Notes: generated by a model not told the origin, from the sequence alone. DNA of 63,566 nucleotides, filler included, from Octopus bimaculoides (GCF_001194135.2; 4 parts of 4 records of this genome joined end to end with filler, not necessarily neighbours in it); one strand, 5' to 3'; positions 48,594 to 61,510 are shown, numbered from the whole stretch's first letter. Numbers and translations are program-made.

Positions 48594-48857
48594 TTCTTTT
48601 TACTGGAGGCACAAATTTGTGGGGGGAGGGGAATAGTCGATTATATTGACCCCAGTACTCAACTGGTACTTAATTTATCGACCCCGAAAAGATGAAAGGT
48701 AAAGTTGACCACAGCGGAATTTCAACTCAGAACATAGCAACAGGCGAAATACCGCTAAGCATAATATCGATTCTGCTATTATTAATGATAATGGCAATAG
48801 AAAATGAAGAATACGAAGATTGGGCTATGGAAAATGAAGAATACGAAAATAGAGTCA

Positions 48858-49574
48858 ATTATTGTTGGGTCCTTGAGAGCAGTATCAGAAGGTATCAACG
48901 GGAATATAAAGGAAATTGGAATAGAGTGCCCAGTAGAACTGTTACAAACGGTTTGCCTCCTTAGCACATCCAGAATAATCAGGAAAGTATTAGATAGCTG
49001 AATAGAATGGATCGCATGGTACCCTAGGCTGCAGGTAGCAAGCCTGCTATGCATGCAAGACTCCAGGAACTCGACCTGGAAATAGAGATAACTCGAATGT
49101 GGAATCTAAAAACAGAAATAATTCCTATCATAGTAGGTGCCTTAGGTATAATAAAAAAATATTCAGACAAATACATAACAAAAACACCAGGGCTTACAAA
49201 TATATATAACATACAGAAAATTGCACTACTGGGTACTGTACACATTCTACGCAAAACACTTTCAATACAGTAAACATAAGAGCACCACAGCAAACCACAG
49301 CACATACCCAAGGCGCACAGAGCTGCGCTCGGTNNNNNNNNNNNNNNNNNNNNNNNNNNNNNNNNNNNNNNNNNNNNNNNNNNNNNNNNNNNNNNNNNNN
49401 NNNNNNNNNNNNNNNNNNNNNNNNNNNNNNNNNNNNNNNNNNNNNNNNNNNNNNNNNNNNNNNNNNNNNNNNNNNNNNNNNNNNNNNNNNNNNNNNNNNN
49501 NNNNNNNNNNNNNNNNNNNNNNNNNNNNNNNNNNNNNNNNNNNNNNNNNNNNNNNNNNNNNNNNNNNNNNNNNN

Positions 49575-49634
<60 letters not shown>

Positions 49635-50383
49635 GGTATTAACACTTTAGCTGTCCCAGTTATAAGTTACAGCTACAATATCCTTAACTGGACACTAAAC
49701 GAACTATCTAAAATAGACAGGAAAACAAGAAAAATAATGACAGGATATAGGATGCACCACCCAAAATCTGACATATAAAAGGTTATTTATACCACGCACA
49801 GAAGGTGGCAGGGATCTTATACAGCTGGAAAACTATTATAAAATAACCACCATAGGACTGAAAAAATACCTTAGTCCGAACTAAAACTAGAACAGCAACG
49901 GACCATGATAAAACGATGGCAAGAAAAGCCCCTACATGATATATACTGGGCTAAACTAAATGCAAAAGAAATAGACAGAGAAAAATCCCAGCAATGGTTG
50001 AGAAGCTCAGGACTCAAAACAGAAACTGAAGGATTNNNNNNNNNNTGCAAAAGAAATAGACAGAGAAAAATCCCAGCAATGGTTGAGAAGCTCAGGACTC
50101 AAAACAGAAACTGAAGGATTTTTAATTGCTGCACAAGACCAAAGCCTCCCCACCAGAAATTACCAAAAACATATAATGAAAAGAAACATAACAAGTAACT
50201 GTAGATAGCTGAATAGAACGGATCGCATGGTACCCTAGGCTGCAGGTAGCAAGCCTGCTATGCATGCAAGACTCCAGGAACTCGACCTGGAAATAGAGAT
50301 AACTCGAATGTGGAATCTAAAAACAGAAATAATTCCTATCATAGTAGGTGCCTTAGGTATAATAAAAAAATATTCAAACAAAT
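48858..50383 (+). mobile_element. Cluster of R4/Dong-type RLE retrotransposon fragments from two families
   Basis: 48858-49068: IIVGSLRAV..CLLSTSRIIRKVLDS* plus 3' UTR. 49071-49333: DLEIEITRMW..LLGTVHILRKTLSIQ*. 49630-50200: INTLAVPVISYS..HHPKSD..RLYIPR.EGGR..QWLRSSGLKTETEGFLIAAQDQSLPTRNY. Confidence 0.82.
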
Positions 50384-51789
50384 NNNNNNNNNNNNNNNNN
50401 NNNNNNNNNNNNNNNNNNNNNNNNNNNNNNNNNNNNNNNNNNNNNNNNNNNNNNNNNNNNNNNNNNNNNNNNNNNNNNNNNNNNNNNNNNNNNNNNNNNN
50501 NNNNNNNNNNNNNNNNNNNNNNNNNNNNNNNNNNNNNNNNNNNNNNNNNNNNNNNNNNNNNNNNNNNNNNNNNNNNNNNNNNNNNNNNNNNNNNNNNNNN
50601 NNNNNNNNNNNNNNNNNNNNNNNNNNNNNNNNNNNNNNNNNNNNNNNNNNNNNNNNNNNNNNNNNNNNNNNNNNNNNNNNNNNNNNNNNNNNNNNNNNNN
50701 NNNNNNNNNNNNNNNNNNNNNNNNNNNNNNNNNNNNNNNNNNNNNNNNNNNNNNNNNNNNNNNNNNNNNNNNNNNNNNNNNNNNNNNNNNNNNNNNNNNN
50801 NNNNNNGAAGAAGAAGAAGAAGAAGAAGAAGAAGAAGAAGAAAGATACACACTGTTTTTAATCGCTTTACCTTCTTCTTTTGCAGAGTTAGTGGTAAGAC
50901 ATCGTCAACAGCAACAAATTCTAACTTTTTCCGTCGTTCGTTGTCAATCACTGCTTGCTGTAAAGAAAGAAAAATTTCAACTAAAAGAAATACTGTTCAC
51001 ATTAGGGTTTCTTTCAATAAAGAATACATTTATATTTGGTTTGTGGTTCAAAATGATATGAATAATAAAAACCTGACCTTGTAGGAAATAAAAGTGAGAA
51101 GGTAAATTAAAAACTAAAGATATTTCTTCAACAGATCTCAAGTGACACATGAAGAGGCAAAAAAAAAACACACATCATGTTATCTCTTAAAAGAGGGATT
51201 CAAGTAGGAGCACTACTCAACTGCTGAATGCTTCTTTAGTTTACAAAACTAGAAAACTGTTTTGTTCGAAGGTTACTAAAGATGGTGATGTTCAGGCTGA
51301 ATATCAACCACATGAATCTCTTTAGAAGGGATTGCAAAGGTTATGAGCCTGCTTCTTTTTATTTGACTAAATTGTATTAAAATCAAGTAAGCTTTAGTGG
51401 AATGTACTTCAGCAATGATTATGATGATGAGGAGGAGGAGGAGGAGGAGGAAATGGGGAGGAAGAGGAATGAACAGTAAATGCAGTTGATGGCCAATAAT
51501 TCCAATGAGAATCGAAGGAATTCTTCATAACTTCACTATTTTGAACACAACGTGTACAGTATTGGTAGCGGATGTGATTTATTGCTCTTTTTCCTTTTTA
51601 CGTTTTAAAATATTCCATTTGAATAACTCGATATAAAAGGAATAGAACAATGCCATTTCAACTGTAACAAATCAGGTGATACACACCCAGTGGGGCGTGA
51701 GGTCAATGACTTACATAAGAAATAGCTTATATATATATATGCATGTGTGTATATGTTTATTTGTTTGTGTGAGTGTGCACAATGTAAAC

Positions 51790-54335
51790 GACCTTATGAT
51801 TTGCAATAATGAGTTCAAGAAACCAACCAGTCACCTGTTTACTTATTAATCTGGTGGCCATACAAAGCAAGATTGACTACATTCTCACCAGAAAGTCGGA
51901 AAGTTAGTTGCTTATAAATGCAAAGCCGTTCCCAGATGAAGAGTGCAAACCTCAACATAGGTTAGTTAATAGTGACTTCAGACTTCAGGGTAGAAAGATG
52001 CCAAGAAAACCAGTTTGGAAAAGAAAGATTTGGAAGCTTAAGGATCATCTGAATAGTCAGAGATTTAGGGATGTTCTAAATGAAGCATTTGACAAGGAGG
52101 AGNNNNNNNNNNNNNNNNNNNNNNNNNNNNNNNNNNNNNNNNNNNNNNNNNNNNNNNNNNNNNNNNNNNNNNNNNNNNNNNNNNNNNNNNNNNNNNNNNN
52201 NNNNNNNNNNNNNNNNNNNNNNNNNNNNNNNNNNNNNNNNNNNNNNNNNNNNNNNNNNNNNNNNNNNNNNNNNNNNNNNNNNNNNNNNNNNNNNNNNNNN
52301 NNNNNNNNNNNNNNNNNNNNNNNNNNNNNNNNNNNNNNNNNNNNNNNNNNNNNNNNNNNNNNNNNNNNNNNNNNNNNNNNNNNNNNNNNNNNNNNNNNNN
52401 NNNNNNNNNNNNNNNNNNNNNNNNNNNNNNNNNNNNNNNNNNNNNNNNNNNNNNNNNNNNNNNNNNNNNNNNNNNNNNNNNNNNNNNNNNNNNNNNNNNN
52501 NNNNNNNNNNNNNNNNNNNNNNNNNNNNNNNNNNNNNNNNNNNNNNNNNNNNNNNNNNNNNNNNNNNNNNNNNNNNNNNNNNNNNNNNNNNNNNNNNNNN
52601 NNNNNNNNNNNNNNNNNNNNNNNNNNNNNNNNNNNNNNNNNNNNNNNNNNNNNNNNNNNNNNNNNNNNNNNNNNNNNNNNNNNNNNNNNNNNNNNNNNNN
52701 NNNNNNNNNNNNCCGACGGGACAACTTAATGGGGGCCACTGACCAAATTTGTGGTTGGTGCAAAGTCCTCTCCACAGCTAAAGTGACATGGTGGTGCAAG
52801 AGGGAACTAAACAGGGCTATTAGAGAAAGGAACGGGCCTGAAAGGACTGGAAGAGTGGTTGTAGCACAGAACTATACCAGGAAGCTAGAAGGAAAGATAT
52901 GAGACAGGTATATCTAGACAGGGCAGAAGCAAAAAGGTAGAACTTTGCCATTGTTCTGCAGCATGAAGACCAGAGGCTTGTGGTGTTTCAGATTGCAAGA
53001 CAGTATGGCAGAGAAAAATCATGATGTTGTAGGAGTGAAGTGTGTTTGCATGGATGATGGTTCGCTTGAAGTTACAGATTCTACCAAGAAAGTGGCTTGG
53101 AAGTGCCACTATGAAAGGATGATATGTGTAGAGAAAGCATGGCAGAAGGAGAATCTGCCTCATGTGGACCCAAATGAGGGACTCATCATTATCATCATCA
53201 TCATCATTATCATTTAACGTCCGCGTTCCATGCTAGCATGTGTTGGACGATTTGATTGAGGACTGGCAAACCAGAAGGATGCACCAGGCTCCAATCTGAT
53301 CTGGCAGAGTTTCTACAACTGGATGCCCTTCCTAATGCCAACCACTCCGAGAGTGTAGTGGGTGCTTTTACGTGCCACCGGAACGAGGGCCAGTCATACG
53401 GTACTGGCAACGGCCACGCTCAAAAAGGTGTTTTTTTACGTGCCACCTGCATGGGAGCCAGTCCAGCAGCACTGGCAACGACCTCGCTCGAATGATTGTC
53501 TAACGTGCCACCAGCACAAGTGCTAGAAGGCAACGCTGGTAACGATTACGCTAGCTATCTTAATTGACAGTAGTCTGGTAGATAAAGCAATTAAGGATAT
53601 GAAGACAGGGAAAGCTTCTGGCCCATCAGAAATTAAGCTAAGATGCTTAAAATATCTGGTGGAGGGGATATGAGCTAGTTAACCATACAGTTAGCCAGGT
53701 TGTCCATGAAGGTGACGCACTCAATGGTTGGTGTTGTAGCATTATAGTCAACTCTACAAATGTAATGGTGATGCCTTAGACGGAGATAATTACAAAGGCA
53801 TCAAATCGCTGGACCAGGTGATGCAAGTTACAGAGAGGGTCACAAATTAAAAAGTGAGAGTCTTGATGGAATGCAGCTTGGTTTTGGGCCAGGAAGATGC
53901 ACAACTGATGCCACCTTCCTGGTGAAGCAGCTTCAGGAGAAGTACTTGACCAAAAACAAATCTCTGTACTTTGCTTTTATTGAAATGGAGAAAGCCTTTG
54001 AGGGGTTCCCCTGTTCCCTTATCTGGTGGGCAATGCAGAAGACTGGGGATAAATGAGTGGTTGGTGAGAGCTGTAGAAACCAGTCACAGAGATGCTGACA
54101 GTAAGGTGAAGGTTGGCAACGAGTATAGCTATGAATTAAGTATACATGCAGGAGTGCACAAAGGATCGTTTCTGAGACTCCCCTTGTTCATCATAGTCCT
54201 CTAGGCCATAACAGAGGAATTTCAGATGTGTTGCTCATGAAATCTCCTCTATGCTGATAACTTTAACCTTATTGCTGAATCACTACCAGAACTAGAGAAG
54301 GAATTTCAGGTGTGGAAGCAAGGTTTGGAATAAAA
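51790..54335 (+). mobile_element. RTE-clade LINE fragments with a nested antisense RTE-tail repeat (~53186-53560)
   Basis: KPFPDEECKPQHRLV..WKLKD; QLGFGPGRCTTDATFLVKQLQEKY; the sequence either side of 53186-53560 is contiguous in the intact RTE (EG.PAI). Confidence 0.85.
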
Positions 54336-54827
54336 GGGCCTAAATTATGCAGAAAACCTTAATCAGAAGCAAGGGTAGCAAAGATCACAAAATGACTGTG
54401 GTGTAACTCCTGTTTATGAGGTAGAAACTCATTTTTTATCTTATTTTCAAAGAATAAACTGGTGAACACGTTCATCGAAAACTCTTACAGATGTAACCAT
54501 TGGCAGCAACACGGGTTCACAGCATTTAAATAATAAACACTTATTTACATAATGTTAACAAATTAACTTGTAACATATTAGTTCCTCAAATAATTCTAGT
54601 AACACATGACATCATAAACACCCAATCACAAACGCTAGTCTTTCACTCACATTCCTCCCCCTCTCCCTCATACCAATCCTTACACTCTAACAAGTACTCT
54701 CACTTGCATACCTGATACGTATATTATATATGCATGAAAGGAGCTAGATATACTCACTAACAGAGGCAGACACATTTAGAAATTGCTTGAAGCAGACGAT
54801 ACATTTGTTCTGATAGGTTTGTTCACC

Positions 54828-54970
54828 ATGGACTACGAAGAAGTGATTGGAACAATTGGAGGATGTGGACTTTATCAGAAACTGATGCTAGCTTTCCTCT
54901 TCTCTTCATCCATTATGGATGGTTTACAAATTGGAAGCATGATATTTATTGTACCTGACTTAGATTACAG
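54828..54970 (+). CDS. SLC22-family transporter gene 2, first coding exon
   Basis: CACC|ATG Kozak-like start; MDYEEVIGTIGGCGLYQKLMLAFLFSSSIMDGLQIGSMIFIVPDLDY(R) fits the SLC22 N-terminal M.(F/Y)(D/E)..L..G.FG.YQ pattern and TM1; strong donor CAG|GTAAGT. Confidence 0.85.
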
Positions 54971-55112
54971 GTAAGTTTATAATAATGATTTCTTCGTATT
55001 ATTATTTATTTCAGGTGGGTGGTTCAAATAGTGGTGCTTCAAACCAAAAATTCCTTGAAACAATACGTTTGTCTGTCCTTGTTTGTCCTTTCTATGTTTA
55101 GCCCCCTGTGGG

Positions 55113-55464
55113 CACTTGCCCCTACCTCTCCAACACCACCATCCTCACCGGTACCCAACATCGTCCCTATCATATCACTGACTCCTTTACATGCACTTCT
55201 GGCAACGTCATTAACTGCATCTCCTGCTCTTTCTGTCCTTTTCTGTACATCGGTCAAACGGGACGCCGCTTGGCTGACCGGTTCGCGGAGCATCTCCAAG
55301 ACATTAGACTCGGCAACGACCCGGTCTCGCGCCATTTCCGCTCTACCGCTCATTCATTACAACACCTATCTATGTTTGGATTGTCTTTGCACAAGGGCCA
55401 TCCGGACACCTGCCTTCGTTCCTTTGCCCTACATGGCCTCAACTCCCCTCCCAGCTTCATCTGA
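55113..55464 (+). mobile_element. Penelope-like element GIY-YIG endonuclease fragment with Zn-binding motifs
   Basis: TCPYL..FTCTSGNVINCISCSFCPFLYIGQTGRRLADRFAEHLQDIR..PVSRHF..H. Confidence 0.85.
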
Positions 55465-55617
55465 CTCCCCTCCTCCCTCCTCTCTTCATTTTACACTTAA
55501 TTCTCCTCCTCACTCCTACCCACTTATCCTCTCCTCTCTTGCCCTGACACCTACTTCCTCTCTTCACTTCTACNNNNNNNNNNNNNNNNNNNNNNNNNNN
55601 NNNNNNNNNNNNNNNNN

Positions 55618-55629
55618 TTAATTAATTAA
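55618..55629. other. Artificial scaffold-join linker
   Basis: TTAATTAATTAA flanked by 44 N each side. Confidence 0.9.
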
Positions 55630-56133
55630 NNNNNNNNNNNNNNNNNNNNNNNNNNNNNNNNNNNNNNNNNNNNAGATGTATGTATATTTATGCATGTACG
55701 TATACATGACAACAAACCTCTCTCTCTCACTCACACTCTGCCTCTTACAACCACACACATACATAAATGTATACAAACATATTTACAAAGACACATGTGT
55801 ATATGCGCGCGCGCGTGCTCCGGTATTGACGTAACAACGGCAAAAAGCTTCACTCTCTATTTTGTGTGTGACTGTGTGTGTTCGTGTGTATGAGAGAGAG
55901 AGAGTAAATACTACATACACACCGCTCTCTCACTCTGTCTCACACACATACACACGCACACACACACCCCTTGACTCACTAACGCTTTGTCTCTTACAAA
56001 CACACACAAACATAAATGTATACAAACATATTTACAAAGACACACGTGTGTATGCGTGCGTGCGTTGGGGGTTCCACAATCGCCATCTATTTCATTTACT
56101 CTTGTGAGGATATTCACGTAAATCATTTTTTTT

Positions 56134-56494
56134 CATTTAATCCCCATTTTAATTTTCGTAAAAGTTTCCAAGTACCAATGAGGCTTTTTGGCACATCTTC
56201 AATTTTCCCCATTCATGAGAGGCGCCCAGCCATCATTCATCTGAGAGTCCATCTACAGAATGTCCTCTCAAATTTCTATACAGCATATTTTGCCTTTTTT
56301 TCTTCAAGTATATAAGCAACAATTTCATTCCCGAGCAAAATATGCTGTATAGAAATTTGAGAGGACATTCTGTAGATGGACTCTCAGATGAATGATGGCT
56401 GGGCGCCTCTCATGAATGGGGAAAATTGAAGATGTGCCAAAAAGCCTCATTGGTACTTGGAAACTTTTACGAAAATTAAAATGGGGATTAAATG
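56134..56494. repeat. Perfect 160-bp inverted repeat with 41-nt spacer
   Basis: 56134-56293 is the exact reverse complement of 56335-56494 by eye; the right arm ends at an N gap. Confidence 0.92.
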
Positions 56495-58105
56495 NNNNNN
56501 NNNNNNNNNNNNNNNNNNNNNNNNNNNNNNNNNNNNNNNNNNNNNNNNNNNNNNNNNNNNNNNNNNNNNNNNNNNNNNNNNNNNNNNNNNNNNNNNNNNN
56601 NNNNNNNNNNNNNNNNNNNNNNNNNNNNNNNNNNNNNNNNNNNNNNNNNNNNNNNNNNNNNNNNNNNNNNNNNNNNNNNNNNNNNNNNNNNNNNNNNNNN
56701 NNNNNNNNNNNNNNNNNNNNNNNNNNNNNNNNNNNNNNNNNNNNNNNNNNNNNNNNNNNNNNNNNNNNNNNNNNNNNNNNNNNNNNNTATATATATATAT
56801 ATGACGAGCTTCATGCTGTTTCCGTCTACCAAATCCACTCACAAGGCTTTAGTTGCCATGAGATTATAGTAAAAGACACCCATCCAAAATACCACGCCAC
56901 CACAGACAAATAGATAGGTAGCTTTCTCGTTACATTTCGTTTCCATTCAGTTTGCAAACATTTTAGGTAAGATTGGAAAATAAATTCAGATAATCACAAT
57001 CTTCCCAGAGACACTAGCAATCGAGACTGAGATGAAATGCAATCAGAGTAGAATCGAAATCGGCCCTCAAGAGACTCGCACAAACGTCTTATTCCTTATT
57101 TGACGAAGTTCAAAGACCATTTTTATTCTAGCGTAGGAGGACGGAGAACAGTGACGTCATATTTCTTACAGCGGTTTTAGCAAACAAGCTTAAACGAATA
57201 GAATTTAGTCTTAAATGGAAATACGGTTGCAGAAAACTTTGTTATAGAAATATTTCGCTTTTAATCTGCAGTGTTATGTTCTTTCTACAAAACACAAAGT
57301 TACACTTTTATCCGCCGTTTTAAACGAAATAACTTGCTGTAACGTATATGTTTACTTCGCTGAATATACTAGTAGAAATAGTATATTTAAATGGCTGCGA
57401 TTGAGTTTGAAACTGTATTGTGCATTTATCTTACCGTTTTACAGTACACGCTAACCACACATTTCTTTATTATGTATTTTTAAAAATATACGAAACTCCC
57501 AACTGAGAAAATCATGACTATGAAAAGGTTCGGTTTATCGGATTACAGAGAATAATTGATACATATGCATTCGTCATTTGTTATTGTATTATCGCTGTAC
57601 ACAGCTCAAAAGTTGCGTGTCAGTAAATAATGGGGGAAAGACTAATTGGGAAACGTAGTTTAGGTTCTCAGCTGCTCTTTGAAGGGAAAGTAAAGGAAAG
57701 ATCACGTAATGTAAATTCTTAACATGGTTAAGTAAAAGTGAGCTGACGTCAATAGGGAAATTGAAACAACATGGCAGCGTGTTTTAGTTGGATACCAACA
57801 TGCTGTAAGGGAAAATGCTACAATACAATCTATGGCACGATAAGGTTTTTATTTTTAAAATGATGGAGATTTTGTGATGTTCATCCCTTGCACATGTATA
57901 TTTATCATAAAGGTAATATGAAAATGTTTTCAACCAGGAATCGAAGTTGTGGCTTTGTCTGTTAGTTGTAAAACACATCATGTGTGTGACAGTGCGAGTT
58001 GTTGTGGAAAGGATAGCAACGGTTTAATGACACCACATCCTCAATGTATCCTTTTAGTGAATCACTGCAAGTGTGACGGAAATAGATTGATAGACAGAGA
58101 GCTAC

Positions 58106-58172
<67 letters not shown>

Positions 58173-58440
58173 TCCATTTTGAACATTTGAACACATCGTT
58201 TTCTCCCTTTCGTCAACCTTGGACGATCAGAAAAGATGTGATAAACCAGAAAAAATGTAGAAAGAGTCGAAATTGATATAACTCTTTAACAACTACAAAA
58301 ATAAATCGTGGAAATATCTCAAAACCTAAAGAATTGGTTCAGCGGTTTTAATTTAATTTCGTTAAGAATTTTAAGTTGGAATATTACCAGTGTCGTTCAT
58401 GAAATTTATCGCTAATCTCTCCAGCATCAAGAAAATAATT

Positions 58441-58628
58441 AGGCTTGGCTGTGTGGTGAGATGTCTTTTACCCAAACTGCATAGTCCTTGGTTCAATCCC
58501 ACTACCTGATACCTTGGACAATATATTTTGCTATAGCCTCGAGTTGACCAAAGCCTTGTGATTTGATAACCGGAAACTGAAAGAAGCCCGTCGCATATAT
58601 ATATATATATATAGATAGATAGATAAGC

Positions 58629-58659
<31 letters not shown>

Positions 58660-58972
58660 AGCATATATATATATATATATGATACAGCTTCAGGTAGAAA
58701 AGCACTCGATCATCTAAGAGAGTAGTTTATTGAAACGTTATGTATGTCTGTGTGTGTGTGTGTGTGTCTGTCTGTCTGTGTTTGTCCGCCAGCACTGATT
58801 AAAAACCGGTGTTGGATTGTCTACGTCCTCGTAACCAAGCGGTTCGATAAAAGAAAGTGAAAGAATAAGTATCAGGCTTAAGAAGAAGTGCTGGATCCGA
58901 TTCATTCAACTAAAATTTCTTCAAGGTGGTCGCAGTCTAATTACCGAAACAACTAAAAGAAAAGATAAGATG
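58441..58972 (+). mobile_element. SINE family B, both halves
   Basis: GGCTGTGTGGTGAG..GGTTCAATCCCAC..GGAAACTGAAAGAAGCCCGTCG..(TA)n..GTCCTCGTAACCAAGCGGTTCG..TTCTTCAAGGTGG. Confidence 0.75.
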
Positions 58973-59173
58973 AATCGATGCCATTAAGCCCTGCTCTCTC
59001 TTTGCAATGCAATTCGATCTCTTGTGCCTAACATAGAAATCCCTAATTTGGAAAGCAGAAACGGTAAAGCGGCGCACAAAATATCAGGTGATATTAAATG
59101 ACCTGTCTTCAATGTCCTGCGTTCAAATCTACTCGGACCGATTTTATCTTTCATTCTGCGATTCATTCAATAT

Positions 59174-59558
59174 TATGTTGTTGGCATTCCATCGCTTACG
59201 ACGTCGAGGGTACCAGTTGATCCGATCAACGGAACAGCCTGCTCGTGAAATTAACGTGCAAGTGGCGGAGCACTCCTCAGACACGTGTACCATTAACGTA
59301 GTTCTCGGGAATATTCAGCGTGACACAGTGTGACAAGGCTGGTCCTTTGAATTACAGGTAAAACAGAAACAGGAAGAAAGAGTGAGAGAAAGTTGTGGTG
59401 ATAGTGTACAGCAGTGTTCGCCACCATCCCCTACCGGAGCCTCGTGGAGCTTAAGGTGTTTTCGCTCAATAAACACTCACAACGCCCGGTCTGGGAATCG
59501 AAACCGCGATCATATGACCGCGAGTCCGCTGCCGTAACCACTGGGCCATTGCGCCTCC
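59174..59558 (-). mobile_element. tRNA-derived SINE family A, full length
   Basis: Minus-strand head GGAGGCGCAATGGCCCAGTGGTTACGGCAGCGGACTCGCGGTC..GTTTCGATTCCCAGACCGGGCG with A/B boxes; body matches 3046-3410. Confidence 0.88.
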
Positions 59559-60737
59559 ATTCAATATTATACCTTCTCGTAAATTAAGGGTACCATGTGA
59601 AGCAGGAACTTCTGTCGGCTAAAAGTAGCATACAAATATTCCTCAAGTAATAATGAATTAAACCCTTCGTTCCTTATGAGCGTAAACCGTTAACGATTTT
59701 TCTCCACTGTCCACGACTCTGAGCACTTAGCTCTTCTTCGCCCAAATCTTATTGGTTTTTAATTATCATCGATTCTTTTGTTATTTTGCTTTTTCCATTG
59801 GTAAAATGCTAACCCAATGCAAACCCATTTTTATCTCTGGTAAGGGGTCGTCCATATTAGTCTAACTTCTATCTTTTGATCTGTCAAACATGGGAGGCAC
59901 TACAAGGAGCTTACACTCCGTCAGTATAGCTCTCATTGTCATTGAGACACATAAACCATCACATCACATCACAACTAGGACTTGGTCTTGTGATGGTCAA
60001 GTAACATCCTATTCTTACAAATAAAAGAAAGAATGCTTTTGGTTAGCGTAGCCATAGATACACTATGCCTGAAGGAAAAAAAGGTGCGATGTCACGATCG
60101 AGGTATTTTGGATATAGCACTTCTCGTTTGCTACACAAGAAAAGTTGAAAGGTTTATTTCGTAATCACGAGGTCGTAGGTTCGATTACACACCGTGGTAT
60201 CTTTAACCATAACCTCGGGTTGGTCTGAGTTTTATAAGTGAAACTGAATGGGCGGGAAATGTTCGAAATCCCGTCAGAATGCCAGTAATTCAACGATCCA
60301 AACTTGTCAGAGTCAGGCTGATTCTACCTAACGGTTTACTCTAAGGTTACAGGTACCTGTGGAACACTCGGCCACTTATCGGCAAATTTAATTATTCCAC
60401 GACTGAATCCTCAACGTCGAAATTGACGGATAGCCATTTACATTTTACTTTATTTTTCCCAATCAACATTTGTGGCTGAATGCCAACGGAAATTATCATT
60501 AGATTATGACAAATTTCTCTGACAAACAGCTATTTCTCACTTCAGTCAACAATTATATTTCGACTTAGGATATTATAGTATAATTGTTACTTTAAATTGA
60601 ATGGTGAATATGATGCTTGTAGTTAAATGCTATTATATGTGTATCAGATTAGTGTGTTAGTGTGACAGACAATTGACAATATAAAGATATGAGTTTAGTT
60701 GTTAGTGATGTAGGCTTAATGCTTAAATTTAGTGTTT

Positions 60738-60787
<50 letters not shown>

Positions 60788-61440
60788 CGATAAATAGATA
60801 CATACATACATACATACATACAGAGAGATGGAGATAAAACTTTCGAAACGCGGAGTAGATATAAACAGGGGACAACTGATGAAGCCATTGTTCTTTATGT
60901 TGCTTGTCTCGTTTCTCTATATCTTTCTTTCGTTGTTCGGAAAAAAGTTCGTTTTCCATGTCTTTGTATTTTTATGTTCTCGTTTTTCATTTTGTTCACG
61001 TTTTTTTTGACGTCCTGTACCCATATATGCAAGTATATATACACATATATATGTAGGTATGTACATATAGTATGCATATATGCATCTATATATATATATA
61101 TATATATATATATGAGTGGAGAAACGAAAGAAAAAGGCACTCCCCTACACACACACGCACACACATACACACACGCACGCTCGCGCATATATATCTATAT
61201 AAGACTAAAATATGAAAAGATAGTTTTGTCATGTAACTTTATACAAGATTAGGGTCGTTTCACGTGGCCAGAGGAACTGTTTCATCACTCCACATTGGTT
61301 CAAATGCATAATTAATCATTTAATTAATCAACGAATCAATCAATTAATTAATGAAACTGTTAACCTTCAACTATTCTCGTCACACACCCAATGCTATCAT
61401 TACAGTAGATTCTCAGAGTTTGCAACAAACATATACTCTG

Positions 61441-61510
61441 GCGGTGGGGGCGGCGGCGACGGTGGGGGCAGCGGCGACGGTGGGGGCGGCGGCGGCGGTG
61501 GTTGGGGGGG
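61441..61510 (+). repeat. GC-rich 18-bp tandem repeat (about 3.5 units)
   Basis: Unit GGTGGGGGC(G/A)GCGGCG(A/G)C; G-runs at 61446, 61464, 61482, 61504. Confidence 0.85.

Noticed and set aside
49010-49060. Cluster of restriction-site palindromes (GGTACC, CCTAGG, CTGCAG, ATGCAT, GCATGC) suggesting a vector polylinker
   Set aside because: It directly follows the stop codon of an RLE ORF and is better explained as that element's 3' UTR.
49968-50115. ~68-bp direct repeat either side of a 10-N gap
   Set aside because: Typical unresolved contig overlap.
59480-59558. tRNA-like sequence (also at 3046-3100 and other SINE heads)
   Set aside because: Continues into a multi-copy SINE body and lacks a proper acceptor stem and Pol III terminator; not a tRNA gene.
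60840-60900. GAAACG followed by CTGATGAAG, a possible type II hammerhead
   Set aside because: No stem I or stem II pairing can be formed.
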